NCBI RefSeq assembly: GCF_001949145.1
Contig: NW_019091360.1
Location: 1,039,858 to 1,085,442, forward strand
Length of the DNA stretch: 45,585 nucleotides
Direction of reading: 5' to 3'
From: Acanthaster planci
Lineage: Eukaryota
Positions 10,105 through 22,989 of the stretch are shown piece after piece; positions within the stretch are counted from its first letter, which is position 1, and every line of letters begins with the position of its first letter. The translations under genes were made by a program, and so were the position numbers. The notes beneath the pieces are model-generated. The model was not told the DNA's origin. It saw only the letters and a list, made by a program, of their open reading frames with translations, and made no database searches.

Positions 10105-13100
10105 TCATCTGGATCTTTTGGTGTGGGAACCAGACCAAAGAATTTGTCAAAAATTTTCCACAATGCACAGCAGAAAAAGGCTTCTCCATGGCAACCTCTC
10201 AGTGGCACACCCTATTGATCTACAGATCCTGGTTTGCGAATTAGCCACGCCCCACTGACAACCCTATGACATATTGAATGTTGAGTTTTGTTTGTCTCAG
10301 ATTTTGCATGTCCTGCCTCCATTTTGTATATTATATAACTGGAAATATTTCACAAGTTGCGTCGATGTGATTCTACAGCGACAAGTCGATTGTGACCTGC
10401 ACATATTGGGTAGGCTTATTTTTTTCAGTATGAAATTGTCTAAAGGTGGGGTGTTTACATGTATTGATCTTCCTTTTGCAGTGTTGAGTGTAACATTTTT
10501 TGAGCTGCAAGGGTACATCACCCTGTAGAATACTTACATGTAAACAGGTTGGGAAATATGTTTCCAATGAGAAAAGGTCATGCTGGAATTTATTGTGAGG
10601 GTTTGCGTGGACTGGGAGTGATGTATGTTTGAATGCTTGTTATGGTGCTTGATTCTGTTATAATCCGTCTCACACATTCTCTAGTTATTGATGGAATTGT
10701 TTTGATTTTTCTGGAATGCTCTACTTAACAAGGAATTACCCTCCGTGTACTATTTACTGATATTCTATTGTAAATTACGAGCACCGTGCCTGTCATCAGC
10801 ATTGGTATCATTTCATGTTTATTTTTCCTTGTGAAATACAATGCCGAATTTTCTGACAAAGTGTTTTTTCCCTAAACAAGTGTAATCTTTTCTTCTTCAG
10901 GCAGCTTGACTTTTCCTGTTTCCTTTCACTTTCATTCAGACTTGTTTAAAATGTCATTACATGTGTCATACATGTACATGTACATCATAATAAACTTGTT
11001 AACAAACTCCTGTACTTAGATGGCAATGAGTGGTCACATGCATTGTACGTGTGTCTTGTCCCTAAATGTATTCTGGTTTTTGCTGTCTGGCAGATTCAGT
11101 GATGTTAGGTCAATAGTGCAGCGGGTCGCTATAGATTTGCAAATTATCACAAGATTGAGATTTTGAGAAAAGAAAAATTTCCGTGTAGATGGTGAAAGTG
11201 GGCTAAATGGGACCCCCCTCTAAAAATAATTCCATTTAGTGATCTGGAAACAAAACTGTGGTGATGTGGCTATCCTTGGTCTGTTCATGTAGTAGCTGGG
11301 ACATGTTGATTGATAAATGGCATAGATATGTAATTTGATAAGGCAGAAATGTGGATCGTTTTCAACATTTGGATTGGACGGGATAAGTTGAGGTTTGTGA
11401 TATATGTTCCTTTGGCTAGTGCTGTTGGGGGTTTTCATCTGTTGTGATTTCACATCAAGGTTTATGAGTATTTTCATCGGGGAAAAAACACTACGTCGGA
11501 ATGTTGCATGCAACATTATGTGGTCAGCTTTCTCAGCTGCTTCTCCAAGTAATATTCATTCAGTGGTCGTTCACTTCACAGGCTCTTTTTTTTTTCTTCA
11601 AAAGATGTCATCGTTGCAAGGATGAACAGTTCTTATTCCAATCGAAGTGTTGCCACTGCTTAGCTTTAAGACGATACATGGCACTGATGACATACTCAGC
11701 TGTGCCTAGGAGGTCCTTTTTTTGCCTGTTTCCCCTCCCATCAAGGTCCAATCGCAAATTTTGTTCTTTGTTCACGTATGGACTGATGATTGCAAGTCAT
11801 GACGGGTTGTAATTTGAGATAAGGAAACCCTTCTTACATTTGTTTGAAAGGTACAGTTGGTAAAAACAGAAGCCTATTACGAGTCCCGAGTTCTGGACTC
11901 TTGAAATTTAGAAGATTATTCAGCAGTCAGGCCTCTTCTCATGTGTGTCGCAGGAGTTGGGACTGGGGGTCCTCCCTTGGCAGAAAAATGGATAAATTAA
12001 AAAAAAAAAGGAAAAAGGAGCAGAGAAGAAAGGAGGTAATCACTTATGTATTTTCTTGGAAATACCTTGGAACCATCACTGATGGTTTGTCAGTTTGGTG
12101 CTGATTAGTGCTTTGTTCTCCCCCAACCACGGAAAAAGATTTGCCCTATTCCTAGCCGTGCCTTTTCTTGAACTTTCTACAGTAATTGAAATCAAATTTG
12201 TTGACTTAACATGTATATAATAAATTATATTTCATCAATTTATAGGTCTGCCATACATATGCAGATTTAATGGTTGAATTAATTGATTCTTCCAAGTTCA
12301 TGGGGTTTTGCCCAAGTTGTTTCCGACCTAGAGTAAAGTTTTATAATTGAGTACATGCAGAGAACAGAACTTACCATATGTGCGATTATAAGAATATAAA
12401 TTAAGACCGTTATCTAAAGCTCTGCAGAACAAGTTGTACCTCTAGCAACTTCCTGGCTAGCTAGATTTTCTTCAGAGGCATAGTTAGCCATCTGCGAGTC
12501 TTTGATATTTCTTTGGCACTGCCTGACTTTATTGCCCTATCTTGCCTCCACACAGACACTTGATCTTTGCATTTTCCCGTAGATTATGTGAGGCCTTGAT
12601 GCTTTGATTGACTGAGGTATTTTTCCCCCCAAGTTGTTGTTAGTGGTCCATTGAGTCAGATTGCTATGTGTTGATACAACACATCACACCACTTTGTGTG
12701 AAGACACCTTCACTACTACCATCTTTGGGGTCAGTGATTTTCCCATTTAAAACTCAGATTGCCTTCTGATAAAGCAAATGTAACATTCCCTTGTAGCCGT
12801 AAGAAGAGCGTATGAAAATCGGCTTCTCACTTCATTGTGGATGTCAAGTAGTGAATTCATGAAAGTGGCTGCTGGCATTTTTTACATGCTACAGAACTTC
12901 AACATAGCCATTCAACACTCCCAAATAATCCTAAACTGTACATTCAAGTTGTGACTGAGTGGACAAATCTGGACCAGAGTACATTTACATGTATGCATTC
13001 TTGTGGTTAGCCCTTCGCTGCATTGAGGGGACAATTCATTTGTTAGGAAAAGTCGAGACCCAGTTGCAGGGATGAAAATATGACCCTGTAACATTGTTGG

Positions 13101-13937
13101 TCCCCATAACATCTATTTTTCAACATGTGTGTTCTATTTTTTTTTCTAAATCTGTTTTGTGCACATCGGTGTGAATTCTACTCGTTTAAAAAGAGGAAGT
13201 CTATTTATTTTTTTTTCAGCTGCAGAAGAAAATCACAGGTTCTACATCTTTATCACTCAGAGTGATGTCACAAGATTATTTGTTTATTTGTTCATTGCTT
13301 ACTTTGCCAATTGGCCTTCCCATTCCATTGCTGTGACTCCTTCACCTGAAGACATTTTGGAGGAGGTTCGTTTTGGGAACCTTGCTCAGTTGAGCTGTCT
13401 TTTTCACTGCTGTTTGAGCTACTGGTGCATACAATGGGAGAGGGAAATTCGATTGGTTGATCCTTCGTGAAATCTAGTGGCCTGCTTGGAAATCTTTGTC
13501 CATAAATGCTTAAGACTGTTCATCTGTTCTTGTTGGTCGATGATAATTTTTTCTAAATTGTTAAAAAATTTATGATAATTTTTTAAAACCACTTTCCTGG
13601 TTTCACATGAAATGTTGCATCCTATTTTATGGATTCTAACCCTCATATGTGATTGTCACATACCGGTAGGCATGTGCTATGTGACCAGTGAGTCCACATT
13701 TCATAGCTGCAGAATTTATCGTACACCAGCTTAGCTGTGATTTGTGTCACATTGGGCGACATGCAGTGCGCATACCAATTTCCATGTATGTAAGATTTTT
13801 GTATTGCGTGCACAAGGTATGTTGCATGTATGGTTGGAGGGCATTTTCATAACACACAAGGTGAAACTAACAAACAAAATTGTTTGAAAAATAGGACTTT
13901 TGGACTCAATTTTTGTCATTTTTAACCAAACAAGGTA

Positions 13938-14159
13938 TTTATGAAATGGGAATAAAAGTGTGGTAGGTTGGGTTTAAACTACATGTAGTAGGATTAAAAC
14001 TGGCTTGGGGCCTGGCCATGATAATATACCTTTAATAATATCCATCATCTTTCCCAGATCCCTATCCGGTTTTCAAGGTACAGTACACGTACTTAATGTG
14101 TACTTAATGTATACTGGTAGTTAAGCTCCTCCCTTACCACACTTTTATTCCCTCATAAA
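13938..14159. mobile_element. MITE with ~30-bp TIRs
   Basis: TTTATGAAATGGGAATAAAAGTGTGGTAGG vs right end reverse complement TTTATGAGGGAATAAAAGTGTGGTAAGG. Confidence 0.75.
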
Positions 14160-15981
14160 AGGGACTGTATACGTGTATGCACGTGGCACACTGATTTGGT
14201 GCAGGTTCATTAATTTACATGTCACTGTACCCATCAGTGTACATGTACATGTACATCTTCCATGTTTGTCCCGGACAAAGCTGCCTCTTGTTATTTAGCA
14301 TGTTAGAATTGCCCCAGACCGGACGACGGACATGTATGGTACTTGATTTAAATTCCACTTGGATTAATCATGTTTGATTCAGACCTGGACTGTCATTGCA
14401 TGTCAGTCCTACCTGACATACATACAAATTGATTTGGCCTAGACCTGGTGAAGTACAGATTTCTGCCCAAATGCAGTGTAAATGTTGGTGTGCCAAATTC
14501 AGGTGAACCAGGTTACAGCAGTTCTTCCATTCCGGTCCTAACTTGGCCCAGATGATTAGTGTATGCTAAGGCAAAGAGCCGAGTTAAACATACGAACAGG
14601 CAGCCAAATGCAACTTGGAGAGGGATCTACTCATGACCTCCCACGTATTGGTCTAACCACTTAACCACACAAGGGATCATAGCCGTTTGTGTTAGCCTGC
14701 TAGGATCCTGCAAAGATTTTTTCCACACAGCAGCTGCTGGGACCTTAATTGTGCATATTGATATTACTGGCAGATATAAGCACATTGTATACTCAAGAGG
14801 AGTGCTTTACAGAGATTCAGTGTGTTAATCACATCACACATGTATGCTCCATGGGAGGTCATTTGCATGTTCCATCACAAAAAAAACCCATCAAATTTAT
14901 AGCCTTTTGCACATGCTTTGTCTGGAAAGTATAAAATATGTATTGTACATGTACCTTTTTAAATAAATTGGCATGACCTATAATCAGGAAGTGTTGGTGT
15001 GGGTATTTTGTCATCACTAGGAGTTAACATTTGCCTTGCTGAATCATGAATATCAGTGGGACCCCGTACCCATCGTACATGTACATGTACTTTTAGGTCT
15101 TATCTGCCATTGCAACACTCATTCAGTTTGAAACATTTTATCTCTTCTTGACTTAGTACAGAGTCCACACTTCAGTTCTATACCTTAATGATCCTCAGTT
15201 CTCCAATTTAGTTTTTTTTTTTTCAAACATCTCAATTTTTTTTTTCAAACACAAGAGACCTACCAGTATCTACCAGTAGTTACATGTACCTAATTTGGTT
15301 AGTCTTTCTACCAGGATCCAAACCAATCCTGATCAAGGCGGGATGTTTATAGAATACATGTACGTTGTGCATACACATGCTCAGTCTGTGATCCATGTTG
15401 GAATTTTACAGTGTACTGGTAACTTTACATTGTAACTGGTTTATATTTCAGTGTACATGTACATGTAACTGGTTGATCATTGCAACTTGAAGCTGCCTTC
15501 TAATTGAAGCCAAGGGGCTAAACCGGGCTATAGATTCACTGTGGCACTCTACTTCTGTCCATATGAAATTTCATACATGCATGTAGATTGTAAATCCCGA
15601 CCTGGGTTGAGCCATTTGAAATACTAAGTAAATACCGAGGGGACATTGTGCATGGGGATTTCTGTATGAATGTGTTGTGGATGGAGCCCAGGACCTGATA
15701 CAGTCGATGGAGGTCAGTGCAGGCACTCTAGGCTTGATTCATGGCCATTTGGCTGTTAGAAATGGATGGAATTTAAATTCTGGTTTCTGTGGGTGCCTGC
15801 AGAATTGCTCTAGGCCATTTACATGATGAATTAGTGGAATCAGTTGGTCGGTGGAAACATTTACTAAATCATTGGGCAATGATAAGCTGATCTATCCATT
15901 TGTTGCTATTGCCCTGAAATAATGGGACCTTTGTCAGTCTGATCACAGGGCTTCAAACTGTAAGTAACAGTTGAGCTTGAC

Positions 15982-16158
15982 AATATGGGCGATTCACATT
16001 AGTGTGCCTCCAAGAGTTTTGCAATGCGCTGACCAATCACAGTGTGTGAAATCTGTCGACCCTTTCCAAACGTGCATTGGGTTGACAGATTTCGGGCACT
16101 GTGATTGGTCAATGCGTTGCAAACTCTTAGAGGCACACTAATGTGAAACGCCCGTATT
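15982..16158. mobile_element. Foldback / palindromic MITE: ~80-bp arms, 16-nt spacer
   Basis: Arms 15982-16062 and 16079-16158 are reverse complements with about 10 mismatches and 1 indel; TA near both outer ends. Confidence 0.85.
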
Positions 16159-19100
16159 AACCGGCATCGGTACCGTCATAGCATCGGAACTTCATTTCAG
16201 ACATTGTTGTACTAGCTGGTAATTCCCGCACTCCCAAAACAAGTATGACGTCCCACTGTTTTTGCGAATTTTTTTGTAATTTTCCAGGAACAAGCTGACA
16301 GAATGGGAAGTGTTTTCATTGCTTAACAAGGACGGGATATACATGTGCATGCAAAAGTGGAAATTGTTGAGGAAATTACTTTTTGTTGTAGTGCAAGGTG
16401 CTTGTGGTCATGAAAAAGTATATGAAACCTGAAATAACCTGAAATGCTTGGTCGAGTCTCATGACATTCAATACATAATATTCTGACCCTGTGACCAGCA
16501 CTAATGTGGATGGTTCCTCTGACTTTTTGACTTCATGGATAGCTTGCAAAAAAGGTGTTAATTGGAGAGGGTAGGAGACAAGCAGGCATTCTGATGTTAC
16601 AGGGGCCAATATCTGCCTGTTTCAGTCTATTATATCGGGGAAAAAAAGCTGTATTAATGGGGCGGATCAAAACCCTGTAATTGGTCATTATGCATTCTGC
16701 ATGCACTCTCGCAAGGCATAGTGTGTCAACAAGATGCTGCTCGTTATTTGCAGTAATGAGGAAATGTAATTATTGATGGTTAAAATGATTTACTGTCATG
16801 GAAGCTACCGTACATGAACCTCATGTTCCTGACTGCATTAGACTGTGCGTCAGTATCACTAGGAACAACTCGTCTACAGTATTGAGACCTGTTAAAAGTC
16901 ATGATTTCCATTGGCGTTTTTGGTGTATTAGTTATTAGAGTGGACATTGCCGTGAATATTCATTGTCTGCTAGTCTAGCTACTCTTGCATTGCTTGTGTC
17001 TTTGTTTGTAAAGGTTCCTGTTTGCACAGCCTGAGTAATACAGCGGAATATGAACATTGTGGATGTATTCACATGGGCCTGAATTTCAAGACACATAACA
17101 TGTTCAGTGGTTGTTACATTGATGGCAGACAGGTTGAAAATCCCTTGGTCGACTCCCCCCGTTACCGTGTGAGGCCTTCAGCAGCAAGGCTGTGTGAGCT
17201 TTGACCCACTGAGCATTTTTCTATTTGGTCATACCGTGTCAAATCTATTACCTTTGGGGATCAGTCTCACAGATTTGTTTCAAATTTACTGAGATTGTGT
17301 GGTCAAATGAGAAACCCAAACTTAAGTGTTTTGGGTTGAGAGGTTTATGAGTTAGAGGTCCTTGAACTAACTGTATCTCCATGTAGGAATGGTCAGATTG
17401 AGATGATTGTTGTCCTAAGTAAAAGATCATAACCTAAGAAATCATCTTATATTTGCAAATGATTTCACAAAAGCTTACACTCGCATGTAATTTGGCTGCC
17501 TGAAAGGGTCAAAGGTCAAAGTTGTTTTGCTTGACCTCATTGAAAATTTAACTGTCACATAATGTACAAACAAGGTGGTTTTTAGATAATGAGCTTTAAT
17601 TTAAGATAAAAATAAATCATCTCTGTCTGATATTTCTATCTTGAGATTCATGTACATACAGGCATTCAGAGTTTTCGAGGCAAAATGAAGAGGCCACAGT
17701 TAAGAGACCTGTAACTTACAGTAGAAAACCACATGATCCAGAACACTAAAATATTCGTTTGAGAGTTTTCTCCTAAGACCAAACAATTTCAGCAAATTTT
17801 GAGAAAATCAATGGGATTGACAACAGAAAGTGTTTGATTTGACTAAAGAACGAGTCCTTGCTTTACATGTATGATTGGACACAGAATGATCCTATTCATA
17901 TCATGGAGCTATTGAACATACATGTACACTGTACATGTATTTAGCACTGTGAGAAAAAATGCTCTTGAATGATCGTATCTGTGTACATATATTTCTGAGA
18001 GCCCTTGCCTGTACCTGGGCACTGAGTACTTGATCAAAAATGGCTGGTATCCAGTTCAATTTTTACATTTTTATTACTGCTTTGCATATGTGCAAGAAAC
18101 CCTTACACAGTCTGGCACCACCTTCCTGAAAGGGATGCACAATGTGACAGTTATGTATTTAATATGCAATCTTGAATAGGAAGCACAGAGAGCACAGACT
18201 AGCAGGGCAACCTGGTACAGTGCAGGATAATCCTACAATGTAGTCTGTTGTTATTCCAGAAATCATGCCACGGTTCCACATGCACCCCTTTATTGAGGAA
18301 ACAGGGTTCCCGTAGACCTCATAAAAGCAGGCCACTCAAACTCAGTCTGACATTAGCTCACTAGGCCAAGCTTTGTGGCTCATGATCTATAGTGGATCAC
18401 ACATGTCTTGAATCTCAGAGCTGTTTTTTTTTTAACAAGTCTCACAGACATGTACATGTACGGTACCTTTGTCTCGTGTCGTCTTCTGTCAGACAAGTCT
18501 TGCTGCTATTAGTAGAATATGTAACTTACTGGTAGATTTAACAAAAGGAGCTATCCCCCTGGCCACTGTGCTTGCCCTGAAAAATATGAGGGTCAAAATT
18601 CTTCAGTAAACTTTAAAAATAGGGTAATATTTTTAAGTATTTCTTGTTTTAATTTGCAAGCACTTATGTTATTTGATAACACAGTTTGGGTCATTTATTA
18701 TGGTACTTTACAGTCTTTAAAGAAAAAAGTCTTGTTCTGCAGAAACAATGTCACTGGCATATAATGCATGCTCTGGGCATCCACTAAGCTCGGGTCAGAG
18801 GTCAGGTGAAGGGGCAAGAGGCTTTGTCCATGGCCATTGACTTTATTCATGGGGCCAGTCGTATTGAATTTGAAAGCGAGGTTAGCTCTTCATTTATTTT
18901 AGACTTATGATATAATACGCAAAAATGCACCTTGGTGTTTTAAACCAGATTTAGAACAATATTGAGAGGGAGGCTTGGAATGCATGGAAGTAAGAAACAG
19001 TCTGGTGCCATCCTAATTGACAGTTTGCAGTACATGTACATAAAACATATTTGGGGAATAAGATAAAAAATGGCCTCCACATGAATAGGGTCTACTGACC

Positions 19101-19555
19101 CTAATTGCATTGAAACAAGTGGAACTTTTCACCCACATTTCGCAGCTGTTGGAAACATATTTCCCTTCAACTGCTTTAGGGTGTGTAGTACCATCTGCTT
19201 GCTACATTTAGTGCAATATTTTCCTAGCTTCTCGTGTATTTTGAACTTTGACAAGACATTTTTTAATAAACAGGAAAAAGCGCCTTTTTTTTAATATATC
19301 CAAGTGCATCCAACAGTACATGTACCTTGTCCCTGAATAGAAAGTATCCAGCTGTGCATGTACAATAAATAAGAACATGTACATGTACATTTGTATGAAA
19401 ACATGAGCACCATATCATTGGGCCAGCCCCAGTGTAGCTGTCAGGGTTATTAAAATGTTCAGCGGATCACCGAAACCACCTGGGAATGGTAGTCTGGTAT
19501 AAAATTATACATGTGGGGGTGGGGGTTGAGGGCTAGGCATAGTCCTTGTATGGGT

Positions 19556-19663
19556 CAGGGGTGGTTCCAGCAGAAAAGGGGGTGTTCCAGATGGAGATCA
19601 ACTTGAACGGGATATGTTTCAATTTCTATCTTCCATCCCTAACAGTCCCCGGATCCCCCGATT
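19556..19663. mobile_element. Degenerate CAGGGGCGGATCC-type MITE relic
   Basis: CAGGGGTGGTTCCAG ... CCCCGGATCCCCCG; weak inverted ends. Confidence 0.35.
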
Positions 19664-22161
19664 TCAATACCATTTTACAGACAGGGGATTAGGGTTTTAA
19701 GTTAATCAATAAGGAGTACCAGTAGCAGGAATACAAATGATGGAAAGGTATTTCAAAATAAAATTGGAAAGGGGACAGGCATGGATGTCAGGTTCATCTT
19801 CCCCTGAATCTGCATCTCTTGGGGAAGGCCCTACAATACATGTACACGTACATATACATGTGGTTTGCACAGTAATACAACAATATTACAATAAGTAGTG
19901 AGCAGTTGTGGAAACATCGTGAAATGTTCTTCTCTGTTTTCTGTAGCTTTTTCCCCTAATGCAAGGCTTACTCATCGGGAAAGCTTCAACATGAAGGGGT
20001 CACTTTTTTGTTTTGTCTGCTCTCGACTGTTTCAAAGATGGGACAGGTTAAAGAGATTCTGTAATCCTTCTTGCTCGTGTTTCCAACGAACTTGATTACA
20101 GAGTCTAAAAATGAAACAGACATGGGAAGAGTAGGGTTAACAAAGTTAAATGTTAATGTCATTTGTGTGCCGCGCGCAGGAAAGGGATAAAAAATGCAAA
20201 AATTTGGGCTTCATATTCTGGGAAACGGCCATTATTAACAGATTGTCAGTGTAGAGATTTCTACTTCCATCTTGCCCCTTGTTTGTTGATGAAAAAACAA
20301 AACGGCCAGTTTGCAGTGCATCACTGCAGGGTTTGATTATTTTCAGCGGTGAAATACATGTGCCAGTACATGTCATGTTGGACAATATCAAGTGTGCCAC
20401 AGATTTTCTAATTTGTGCTCTCTGATGGCTGGTTGTGCATTTGGTCACTTACTTGTCAGATGCACGTAGTTGGAAGGCATTGTGCTTGCCAGAGCCTTTG
20501 TGTAATACATGTACCTGTCATGTCATGTACATTTACATGTACTGGGATGCAGTGCACATGTGTAACTTGGACGTGTATCATGTCGAATAAGGATGTGCAT
20601 CCGCGTACAGTGCAACTGTCAGACAGTCCCAGACATAAGACTTCCCTGGTTTGCTTTGTCTGTGTAATCAACTTGCCCAGTCTGTGTTGGTTTTGTGTAT
20701 TAATTCAATTTAAGCTGTCTCTGGATGGATGCACTGGATGAGGGCTTATTCACCGTTTCGGGCTTGTTCTTAGGAAAAAAAATCACAAGTAGTAGATGTC
20801 TGAAACCAGAAGCAGCCATGTGACTTGCTAATTTAAGGGTAGAAAATATGCCAATCCTATTGAATAATTATTCCAGCTTCTGTGAAACATGCTTCAGTTT
20901 GTCCTGGCCCCCCCCCAAAAAATGCAGGGTTCCAAGTCCATTCACGTTCCCTGCTGCACGCTCTGCTTATTGACTTGCACAGGGGATCATATCCTACATT
21001 GTACAAGGCTCATGATTAGCTGACCCAATTTGGGTGTCAGTCTCAGAGTTGTTGCAGGTTTCCAGGCCCTGTTGTTAGTGTGTATAATATGTGCATGTGT
21101 CAAAAATGGCTGGCAAGAACACATGTGGAGCAAGTGTTTTAGTATGTCATTTTGCTCAAAGTTTACGTGTCTAAGATGTATACTATTTCTGTTTTGACAG
21201 CTGCAGTAAGATAAGATGAATTGTGGTGGACTGTGCTCATGTTTTTGCTAATTGATTAACAGGTCACTCTCCCATACTGGAGTAAAGAACCATTTTTAAT
21301 TTTCATTGCCGTAAGTCCGGGAACTGGTCGCCTGAATAATTGGGCTAGGTAATCAGCTTGTGGCATTTACTGCAGCTGTGGTTTCCTGTCTGTTCAACCA
21401 CTGTGCGAAATAAACTTGTGTAATGTGCAGCCTAGACACTGAAGTTATCTTTGTTTCCTTGGGACTCACAGGAATGAAGTGTACAGTACCAGTCATCCTG
21501 GCTAAAGTTGAATTTCCTTGGCTCCATCCCACCTGTATTTTCTTTCAGAATTTTTTTCCTTTGCTACTAAATTGGTTTAAAAACATGTGAGGCCAAGCTC
21601 TTCCATGTGCATACACTGTAGGTCCCTGTGCTACAGGGCGGTTTTCCTGCTGTCTCAAGAGCGAGCAGCAACATGAACGAAACTCCGTCCGGGTTAGGCC
21701 TTAAATTGTATTGATTTACCGTACCTGTGGACCAAGTCAGTTGCATGGAATCAAAAAAAGTCCTGCGTGATGCCAATATTGATTTGCGACTGAAGTTGAT
21801 GTATTTGTGATTGGCCTCTTTTTGACTCTTTGAGGTGTGCTTGAATGCACGTTGAACATGTTGGAATGTTCGTTCGTAAATGCATTTCTGCTTATTGGTT
21901 ACTTTCTTGTTGTTTAGCATGCCAGAAATAGTGTATTGTCATTTCAGGAATTCTCTTTTAGTCCACTGTGGATAATACTTCACTGGCCTATTGAGCAAAA
22001 CAAGGACAAAGTCCTGCGGAAGATTGGGTTTGGGATGGGGATAACAGCCTCTCAGCTTCCTTGGTCAAACCCTAAGCCTGCTGACAGGATCCAGTGGTGA
22101 GAAGTTCATGTTGTTTTGTTGATCGGAGCAGCTGACCTTATATCATTGTTTGTAATGGTAC

Positions 22162-22269
22162 ATAACCTTGAATATGGAAATAATGCTAAACAAAACAATA
22201 ACCTTGAATATGGAAATAATGCTAAACAAAACAATAACCTTGAATATGGAAATAATGCTAAACAAAACA
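22162..22269. repeat. Perfect 36-bp tandem repeat x3
   Basis: ATAACCTTGAATATGGAAATAATGCTAAACAAAACA, three exact head-to-tail copies. Confidence 0.97.
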
Positions 22270-22726
22270 GGGTTAATGTTACTCTCCCACTAACAGAAAT
22301 CTAAGAAAAGACCATGTGTTCAGTTTTTCACCTGCCAAGGTTAAGGTCTCAATTAAATTTTTGATGGATTTATTGCCTAAAGATTCTTTGATAGGTGTAC
22401 TTTGTACCTGAGAGCTATGCCCATTTTTACATGTCTTCGGAAGCCTACGGAATGGTTTATACTGTTCATGGAAGTGAATATAAAAGCAATTACTTGATAT
22501 CAGATCAAGTATTTGCATAAAAGTAAATGCATAAAAGTTGTGCACATTGTCGCTCAAATGAATTTGGTGCTAACGTTTCATGACTTAAAAGTCAATTTAC
22601 TTCTGCCCTCACCTAAAATACGAAGTGGTCCTTAGGTTATGTTCATATTCATCCTGTTTTATGAAATGACCACTCATCAGTCTGGTAGCAAAAGTATGGA
22701 GAGGGTGTGTAGAAAAAAGGATTGGT

Positions 22727-22989
22727 ATAGGTGTAGCCAGGATACTTGGGAGGGAGGAACCACTTTTTTCCTCAAGAGGGAAATTGCTGTGGGGGGGGAC
22801 ACTCATCAGCTAAGAACTGATAAACCAAGAGTAGGAGGCTGCCATTTTTTCCCCCGAAGCAAATTGGTGATTTTTATTCCTTTCTTCTTGATTTTCATTT
22901 CTTTCACTTTTATCCTATTTTTAATTTTTTGGGTTTTTTTGGGGGGGAGGGCTGTGCCACTTTGCCCTCCCTCGTGATGTCCGAGGGAG
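22727..22989. mobile_element. Degenerate G-run-rich MITE relic
   Basis: Starts ATAGGTGTAGCCAGG plus a purine run; ends with a G-run/GCCC motif and hairpin CTCCCTCG-7nt-CGAGGGAG (22967-22989). Confidence 0.35.

Noticed and set aside
10969..10982. TACATGTA arrays as p53 response elements
   Set aside because: They share the CATG core but do not fit RRRCWWGYYY, and related non-CATG units (TAGGCCTA, TACCGGTA) follow the same TA-bounded grammar.
22162..22269. 36-bp repeats as a CRISPR array or coding repeat (NNLEYGNNAKQN)
   Set aside because: No spacers, no cas genes, eukaryotic intron context, and no splice support for coding.
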